A DNA stretch of 64,000 nt from the human T2T-CHM13v2.0 reference genome, Homo sapiens, in NCBI RefSeq assembly GCF_009914755.1, contig NC_060933.1. The stretch is one strand, 5' to 3'. Under the pieces are notes generated by a model. It saw only the letters and a list, made by a program, of their open reading frames with translations. It was not told where the DNA came from and did not search any database. A program made the position numbers and the translations under genes. Below are positions 55,001-64,000 of the stretch, piece after piece; the first letter of the stretch is position 1, and every line of letters starts with the position of its first letter.

Positions 55001-57049
55001 CCACAGTGGAATGGAATGGAAAGGACTGGAATGGAGTGGAATGGAATGGAATGGAATGGAATGGAATCAACTCGATTGGAATGGAATGGAGTGGAATGGA
55101 ATGGAATGGAATTAACCCGAATAGAATGGAATGTAATGGAATGGAACGGAACGGAATGGAATGGAATGGAATGGAATGGAATGGAATGGAATGGAATGGA
55201 ATCAACCCGACTGCAGGGGAATGGAATGGAATGGAATGCAATGGAATGGATTCAACTTGAATGGAATGGAAAGAATGGAATCAACACGAGTGGAATGGCA
55301 TGGATTGGAATGGAATGGAATGGAATCAACCCGAGTACAGGGGAATGGAATGGAATGGAATGCAATGGAATGGAATCATCCGTAATGGAATGGAAAGGAA
55401 TGGAATGGAATGGAATGGAATGGAATGGAATGGAATGGAATCAACTCGATTCCAATCGAATGGAATGGAATGGAATTAACCCGAATGGAATGGAATGGAA
55501 TGGAATGGAATGGAATGGAATGGAACGGAACGGAACGGAACGGAACGGAACGGAGTGGAATGGAATGGAATGGAATTGTATGGAATGGAATGGCATGGTA
55601 CGGAATAGAACGGAATGGAAAGAATTGTAATGGAATGGAATCGAATGGAATGGAATGGAATGGAATCGAATCAACCCGAGTGCAGGGGAATGTAATGGAG
55701 CGGAATGCAATGGAATGGAATCATCCGGAATGGAATGGAATGGAATGGAATGGAATGGAATGGAATGGAATGGAATCAACCCGAGTGCAATGGAATGGAG
55801 TGGAATGGAATAGAATGGAATGGAACAACCCGAATGGAATGGAATGTAATGGAGATTAAGGGAGTTGAATAGAATCAATCCGAATGTAATGGAATGGAAC
55901 GGAATGGAATGGAATGGAATGGAATGGAATGGAATGGAATGGAATGCAATGGAATGGAATCAACCCGAGTACAATGGAACGGAATGGAATGGAATGTAAT
56001 GTAATGGAATGGAATGGAATGGAATGGAATGGAATCAACCCGAGTGCAATGGAATAGAGAGGAATGGAATGGAATGGAATGGAAACTACCCGAATGGAAT
56101 GGAATGTAATGGAGTGTAAGGGAATTGAATAGAATCAATCCGAATGGAATGGAATGGAATGGAACGGAATGTAATGGAATGGAATGCAATGGAATCAACC
56201 CGAGTGCAGGGGAATGGAATGGAATGGAATGCAATGGAATGGAATCATCCGGAATGGAATCGAATGGAATGCAATGGAATGGAATGGAATGGAATCAACC
56301 CGAGTGCAATGGAATGGAGTGAAATGGAATGGAATGGAATGGAAACAACCAGAATGGATTGGAATATAATGGAGTGTAAGGGAATTGAATAGAATCAATC
56401 TGAATGTAATGAAATGGAATGGAACGGAATGGAATGGAATGGAATGGAATGGAATGCAATGGAATGGAATCAACCCGAGTGCAATCGAATGGAATCGAAT
56501 GCCATGGAATGCAATGGAATGGATTCAACTTGAATGGAAAGGAAAGAATGGAATCAACACGACTGGAATGGCATGGATTGGAATGGAATGGAATGGAATC
56601 AACCCGAGTACAGGGGAATGGAATGGAATGGAATGCAATGGAATGGAATCATCAGTAATGGAATGGAAAGGAATGGAAAGGACTGGAATGGAATGGAATG
56701 GAATGGAATGGAATGGAATCAACTCGATTGCAATCGAATGGAATGGAATGGAATTAACCCAAATAGAATGGAATGGAATGGAACGGAACGGAATGGAATG
56801 GAATGGAACGGAACGGAATGGAATGGAATGGAATGGAAAGGAAAGGAATGGAATGGAATGGAATGGAATGGAATGGAATGGAATGGAATCAACGCGAGTG
56901 CAGGGGAATGGAATGGAATCGAATGGAATGGAAAGGAATGGAATGGAATCAACCCGAGTGCAGGGGAATGTAATGGAACGGAATGCAATGGAAAGGAATC
57001 ATCCGGAATGGAATGGAATGGCATGGAATGGAATGGAATGGAATGGAAT

Positions 57050-60000
57050 CAACCCGAGTGCAATGGAATGGAGTGGAATGGAATGGAATGGAATGGAACA
57101 ACCCGAATGGATTGGAATGTAATGGAGAGTAAGGGAGTTGAAAAGAATCAATCCGAATGGAATGGAATGGAATGGAACGGAATGGAATGGAATGGAATGG
57201 AATGCAATGGAATGGAATCTTCCGGAATGGAATGGAATGGAATGGAATGGAATGGAATGGAATGGAAAGGAATGCAATGGATTCAACTGTATTGCAATGG
57301 AATGGAATAGAATGGAATGGAATGGAATGGAATGGAATGGAATGGAATTAAACCGAATAGAATGGAATGGAATGGAATGGAACGGAACAGAACGGAATGG
57401 AACGGAATGGAACGGAACGGAGTGGAATGGAATGGAATGGAATTGTATGGAATGGAATGGAATGGTACGGAATAGAATGGAATGGAAAGAATTGGAATGG
57501 AATGGTATCGAATGGAATGGAATGGAATGGAATGGAATCAACCAGAGTGCAGGGGAATGTAATGGAATGGAATGCAATGGAATGGAATCATCCGGAATGG
57601 AATGGAATGGAATGGAATGGAATGGAATGGAATCAACCCGAGAGCAATGGAATGGAGTGGAATGGAAAGGAATGCAATGGAACAACCCGAATGGAATGGA
57701 ATGTAATGGACAGTAAGGGAGTTGAATAGAATCAATCCGAATGTAATGGAATGGAACGGAATGGAATGGAATGGAATGGAATGGAATGGAATGGAATGGA
57801 ATGGAATGCAATGGAATGGAATCAACCTGAGTACAATGGAACGGAATGGAATGGAATGGAATGGAATGGAATGGAATGGAATGTAATGGAATCAACCCGA
57901 GTGCAATGGAATTGAGAGGAATGGAATGGAATGGAATGGAAACTACCCGAATGGAATGGAATGTAATGGAGTGTAAGGGAATTGAATAGAATCAATCCGA
58001 ATGGAATGGAATGGAATGGAACGGAATGTAATGGAATGGAATGGAATGGAGTCAACCCGAGTGCAGGGGAATGGAATGGAATGGAATGCAAAGGAATGGA
58101 ATCATCCGGAATGGAATGGAATGGAATGCAATGGAATGGAATGGAATGGAATCAACCCGAGTGCAATGGAATGGAGTGAAATGGAATGGAATGGAATGGA
58201 AACAACCAGAATGGATTGGAATATAATGGAGTGTAAGGGAATTGAATAGAATAAATCTGAATGTAATGAAATGGAATGGAACGGAATGGAATGGAATGGA
58301 ATGGAATGGAATGGAATGGAATGCAATGGAATGGAATCAATCCGAGTGCAATCGAATGGAATCGAATGGAATGAAATGCAATGGAATGGATTCAACTTGA
58401 ATGGAATGGAAAGAATGTAATCAACACGAGTGGAATGGCATGGATTGGAATGGAATGGAATGGAATCAAGCCGAGTACAGGGGAATGGAATGGAATGGAA
58501 TGCAATGGAATGGAATCATCCGTAATGGAATGGAAAGGAATGGAATGGAATGGAATGGAATGGAATGGAATCAACTCGATTGCAATCGAATGGAATGGAA
58601 TGGAATTAACCGAATAGAATGGAATGGAATGGAATGGAACGGAACTGAACGGAACGGAATGGAATGGAATGGAATGGAATGGAATGGAACGGAAAGGAAA
58701 GGAATGGAATGGAATAGAATGGAATGGAATGGAATCAACGCGAGTGCAGGGGAATGGAATGGAATGGAATGCAATGGAATGGAATCTTCCGGAATGGAAT
58801 GGAATGGAATGGAATGGAATGGAATGGAATGGAATGGAATCAACCCGAGTGCAATGGAATGGAGTGGAATGGAATGGAATGGAATGGAACAACCCGAATG
58901 GAATGGAATGTAATGGAGAGTAAGGGAGTTGAATAGAATCAATCCGAATGAAATGGAATGGAATGGAACGGAATGGAATTGAATGGAATGGAATGGAATG
59001 GAATGCAATGGAATGGAATCAACCCGAGTGCAACGGAAAGGAGAGGAATGGAATGGAATGGAATGGAATGGAATGGAATGGAATGGAATGGAATGGAATC
59101 GTTCCGAGTGGAATAGGAGGGATGTTTTCGAGTGGAATGGAAAGGAATGGAATCAACCAGAGTGGAAAGGAAGGGAATGGAATGGAATGGAAACTAATAG
59201 AATGGAATCAACACGAGTGGAATGGAATGGAAAGGACTGGAATGGAATGGAATGGAATGGAATCAACTCGATTGTAATGGAATGGAATGGAATGGAATGG
59301 AATGGAATGGAATGGAATCAACCCGAGTGCAATGGAATGGAGTGGAATGGAATGGAATGGAATGGAACAACCCGAATGGATTGGAATGTAATGGAGAGTA
59401 AGGGAGTTGAAAAGAATCAATCCGAATGGAATGGAATGGAATGGAACGGAATGGAATGGAATGGAATGGAATGCAATGGAATGGAATGGAATGGAATCCA
59501 ATGGAATGGAATCTTCCGGGATGGAATGGAATGGAATGGAATGGAATGGAATGGAATGCAATGGATTCAACTGTATTGCAATGGAATGGAATAGAATGGA
59601 ATGGAATGGAATGGAATGGAATTAAACCGAATAGAATGGAATGGAATGGAATGGAACGGAACAGAACGGAATGGAACGGAACGGAGTGGAATGGAATGGA
59701 ATGGAATTGTATGGAATGGAATGGAATGGTACGGAATAGAATGGAATGGAAAGAATTGGAATGGAATGGTATCGAATGGAATGGAATGGAATGGAATGGA
59801 ATCAACCCGAGTGCAGGGGAATGTAATGGAACGGAATGCAATGGAATGGAATCATCCGGAATGGAATGGAATGGAATGGAATGGAATGGAATGGAATGGA
59901 ATGGAATGGAATCAACCCGAGAGCAATGGAATGGAGTGGAATGGAATGGAATGCAATGGAACAACCCGAATGTAATGGAATGTAATGGAGGGTAAGGGAG

Positions 60001-60880
60001 TTGAATAGAATCAATCCGAATGTAATGGAATGGAACGGAATGGAATGGAATGGAATGGAATGGAATGGAATGGAATGCAATGGAATGGAAACAACCCGAG
60101 TACAATGGAACGGAATGGAATGGAATGTAATGGAATGGAATGGAATGGAATGGAATGGAATGGAATGGAATGGAATCAACCCGAGTGCAATGGAATGGAG
60201 AGGAATGGAATGGAATGGAATGGAAACTACCCGAATGGAATGGAATGTAATGGAGTGTAAGGGAATTGAATAGAATCAATCCGAATGGAATGGAATGGAA
60301 TGGAACGGAATGTAATGGAATGGAATGGAATGGAGTCAAACCGAGTGCAGGGGAATGGAATGGAATGGAATGCAATGGAATGGAATCATCCGGAATGGAA
60401 TGGAATGGAATGCAATGGAATGGAATGGAATGGAATCAACCCGAGTGCAATGGAATGGAGTGAAATGGAATGGAATGGAATGGAAACAACCAGAATGGAT
60501 TGGAATATAATGGAGTGTAAGGGAATTGAATAGAACAAATCTGAATGTAATGAAATGGAATGGAACGGAATGGAATGGAATGGAATGGAATGGAATGCGA
60601 TGGAATGGAATCAACCCGAGTGCAATCGAATGGAATCGAATGGAATGGAATGCAATGGAATGGATTCAACTTGAATGGAATGGAAAGAATGGAATCAACA
60701 CGAGTGGAATGGCATGGATTGGAATGGAATGGAATGGAATCAACCCGAGTACAGGGGAATGGAATGGAATGGAATGCGATGGAAAGGAATCATCCGTAAT
60801 GGAATGGAAAGGAATGGAATGGAATGGAATGGAATGGAATGGAATGGAATCAACTCGATTGCAATCGAATGGAATGGAAT
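57050..60880 (+). repeat. Direct duplication with a 2,284-bp offset (~57050-58600 vs ~59320-60880)
   Basis: CTGTATTGC is at 57287 and 59571. CCGAGAGCAAT is at ~57638/59917 and GGAGTCAA at ~58048/60332. ORF pairs 57982/60266 and 58001/60285 are offset 2284. Confidence 0.8.
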
Positions 60881-63800
60881 GGAATTAACCCGAATAGAAT
60901 GGAATGGAATGGAATGGAACGGAACGGAATGGAATGGAATGGAATGGAACGGAACGGAATGGAATGGAATGGAATGGAATGGAATCAACGCGAGTGCAGG
61001 GGAATGGAATGGAATGGAATGCAATGGAATGGAATCTTCCGGAATGGAATGGAATGGAATGGAATGGAATGAAATGCAATGGATTCAACTAGATTGCAAT
61101 GGAATGGAATAGAATGGAATGGAATGGAATGGAATGGATTTAATCCGAATAGAATGGAATGGAATGGAATGGAACGGAATGGAACGGAATGGAATGGAAT
61201 GGAATGGAATGGAATGGAATGGAATGGAATGCAATGGAATGGAATCAACCCGAGTGCAATGGAAAGGAGAGGAATGGAATGGAATGGAATGGAAACTACC
61301 CGAATGGAATGGAATGTAATGGAGTGTAAGGGAATTGAAAAGAATCAATCCGAATGTAATGGAATGGAATGGAACGGAATGGAATGGAATGGAATGGAAT
61401 GGAATCAACCCGAGTGCAATCGAATGAAATCGAATGGAATGGAATGCAATGGAATGGATTCAACTTGAATGGAATGGAAAGAATGGAATCAACACGAGTG
61501 GAATGGCATGGATTGGAATGGAATGGAATGGAATCAACCCGAGTACAGGGGAATGGAATGGAATGGAATGCAATGGAATGGAATCATCCGTAATGGAATG
61601 GAAAGGAATGGAATGGAATGGAATGGAATGGAATGGAATGGAATCAACTCGATTGCAATCGAATGGAATGGAATGGAATTAACCCGAATAGAATGGAATG
61701 GAATGGAATGGAACGGAACGGAATGGAATGGAATGGAATGGAATGGAATGGAACGGAACGGAACGCAATGGAATGGAATGGATTGGAATGGAATGGAATC
61801 AACGCGAGTGCAGGGGAATGGAATGGAATGGAATGCAATGGAATGGAATCTTCCGGAATGGAATGGAATGGAATGGAATGGAATGAAATGCAATGGATTC
61901 AACTCGATTGCAATGGAATGGAATAGAATGGAATGGAATGGAATGGAATGGAATGGAATTAACCCAAATAGAATGGAATGGAATGGAATGGAACGGAATG
62001 GAACGGAATGGAATGGAATGGAATGGAATGGAATGGTATGGAATGGAATGGAATGGAATGGAATGGAATGGAATCAACTCGATTGCATTCGAATGGAATG
62101 GAATGGAATTAACCGAATAGAATGGAATGGAATGGAATGGAACGGAACGGAACGGAACGGAATGGAATGGAATGGAATGGAATGGAAAGGAATGGAACGG
62201 AAAGGAAGGGAATGGAATGGAATAGAATGGAATGGAATGGAATCAACGCGAGTGCAGGGGAATGGAATGGAATGGAATGCAATGGAATGGAATCTTCCGG
62301 AATGGAATGGAATGGAATGGAATGGAATGGAATCAACCCGAGTGCAATGGAATGGAGTGGAATGGAATGGAATGGAATGGAACAACCCGAATGGAATGGA
62401 ATGTAATGGAGAGTAAGGGAGTTGAGTAGAATCAATCCGAATGAAATGGAATGGAATGGAACGGAATGGAATTGAATGGAATGGAATGGAATGCAATGGA
62501 ATGGAATCAACCCGAGTGCAATGGAAAGGAGAGGAATGGAATGGAATGGAATGGAATGGAATGGAATGGAATGGAATGCAATCGTTCCGAGTGGAATAGG
62601 AGGGATGTTTTCGAGTGGAATGGAAAGGAATGGAATCAACCAGAGTGGAAAGGAAGGGAATGGAATGGAATGGAAACTAATAGAATGGAATCAACACGAG
62701 TGGAATGGAATGGAAAGGACTGGAATGGAATGGAATGGAATGGAATCAACTCGATTGTAATGGAATGGAATGGAATGGAATGGAATGGAATTAACCCGAA
62801 TACAATGGAATGGAATGGAATGGAACGGAATGGAGTGGAATGGAATGGAATCAACACGAGTGCAGGGGAATGGAATGGAATGGAATGCAATGGAATGGAA
62901 TCATCCGGAATGGAATGGAATGGAATGGAATGCAAAGCAATGGAATCAACTCGATTGCAATGGAATGGAATGGAATGGAAAGGAATACATTGGAATCAAC
63001 CCGAGAGGAATGGAATGGAAAGGACTGGAATGGAGTGGAATGGAATGGAATGGATTGGAATGGAATCAACTCGATTGGAATGGAATGGAATGGAATGGAA
63101 TGGAATGGAATTAACCCGAATAGAATGGAATGGAATGGAATGAAACGGAACGGTATGGAATGGAATGGAATGGAATGGAATGGAATGGAATCAACCCGAC
63201 TGCAGGGGAATGGAATGGAATGGAATGCAATGGAAAGAATTCAACTTGAATGGAATGGAAAGAATGGAATCAACACGAGTGGAATGGCATGGATTGGAAT
63301 GGAATGGAATGGAATCAACCCGAGTACTGGGGAATGGAATGGAATGGAATGCAATGGAATGGAATCATCCGTAATGGAATGGAAAGGAATGGAATGGAAT
63401 GGAATGGAATGGAATGGAATGGAATGGAATGGAATCAACTCGATTGCAATCGAATGGAATGGAATGGAATTAACCCGAATAGAATGGAATGGAATGGAAT
63501 GGAACGGAACGGAACGGAACGGAACGGAGTGGAATGGAATGGAATGGAATTGTATGGAATGGAATGGCATGGTACGGAATAGAATGGAATGGAAACAATT
63601 GGAATGGAATGGAATCGAATGGAATGGAATGGAATGGAATGGAATCAACCCGAGTGCAAGGGAATGTAATGGAACGGAATGCAATGGAATGGAATCATCC
63701 GGAATGGAATGGAATGGAATTGAATGGAATGGAATGGAATGGAATCAACCCGAGTGCAATGGAATGGAGTGGAATGGAATGGAATGGAATGGAACAACCC

Positions 63801-64000
63801 GAATGGAATGGAATGTAATGGAGAGTAAGGGAGTTGAATAGAATCAATCCGAATGTAATGGAATGGAACGGAATGGAATGGAATGCAATGGAATGGAATC
63901 AACCCGAGTACAATGGAACGGAATGGAATGGAATGTAATGTAATGGAATGGAATAGAATGGAATGGAATGGAATCAACCCGAGTGCAATGGAATGGAGAG

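Larger units (their letters stand above)
1..64000 (+). repeat. Satellite III (HSat3) tandem array, (GGAAT)n/(CATTC)n with divergent interrupting motifs; pericentromeric heterochromatin-type sequence
   Basis: Continuous GGAAT pentamers from the first to the last base. They are interrupted every few tens to hundreds of bp by CAAC(C/A/G)CGAGT, the known satellite III interrupting motif. Long perfect GGAAT runs fit HSat3 rather than the more diverged HSat2. The G-rich strand is + throughout. Species, chromosome and subfamily cannot be assigned by eye. Confidence 0.97.

Noticed and set aside
59263-60375. Longest ORF (370 aa, minus strand)
   Set aside because: Pure satellite translation. Its 2,284-bp-offset paralog does not keep the same ORF limits, so there is no sign of coding constraint.
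1-64000. Hundreds of ORFs up to 370 aa (MEWNG repeats on +, HSIPF repeats on -)
   Set aside because: Three pentamers make five codons with no stop on either strand, and ATG occurs every 5 bp, so ORFs arise in all frames. Frames shift freely between repeat copies, and there is no domain or splice structure.
1-64000. Strand inversion or an inserted mobile element (Alu, L1, LTR)
   Set aside because: I saw no CATTC-oriented tract, poly-A tail, target-site duplication or non-satellite stretch anywhere in the window.
1-64000. Assignment to a specific chromosome, HSat3 subfamily or alpha-satellite centromere
   Set aside because: There are no 171-bp alphoid monomers or CENP-B boxes. Subfamily and chromosome need k-mer classification or mapping, which I cannot run.

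Overview
The whole window is uninterrupted human/primate-type classical satellite III (HSat3) DNA. It consists of (GGAAT)n pentamers, all on the + strand, punctuated by recurrent divergent motifs such as CAACCCGAGT, CAACTCGATTGCAATCGA, CATCCGG and GTAAGGGAGTTGAATAGAATCAATCCG. I see no gene, RNA gene, transposon, CRISPR array or inversion. The ORF track is an artefact, because GGAAT has no stop codon in any frame (MEWNG on +, HSIPF on -). The real structure is nested repeat architecture. A young, near-identical ~7.6-kb higher-order repeat spans ~4,740-30,750 in three units of 7,635, 7,614 and 10,707 bp. The third unit is extended by a ~3.05-kb internal duplication whose two copies appear to have different ancestry. 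Older, more diverged mosaic satellite flanks it, with ~0.8-1.0, ~2.3, ~2.8-3.5 and ~7.6-8.0 kb recurrences. I found no evidence of a novel gene-encoded system. Coordinates and offsets were read by eye from marker motifs, so boundaries are approximate.
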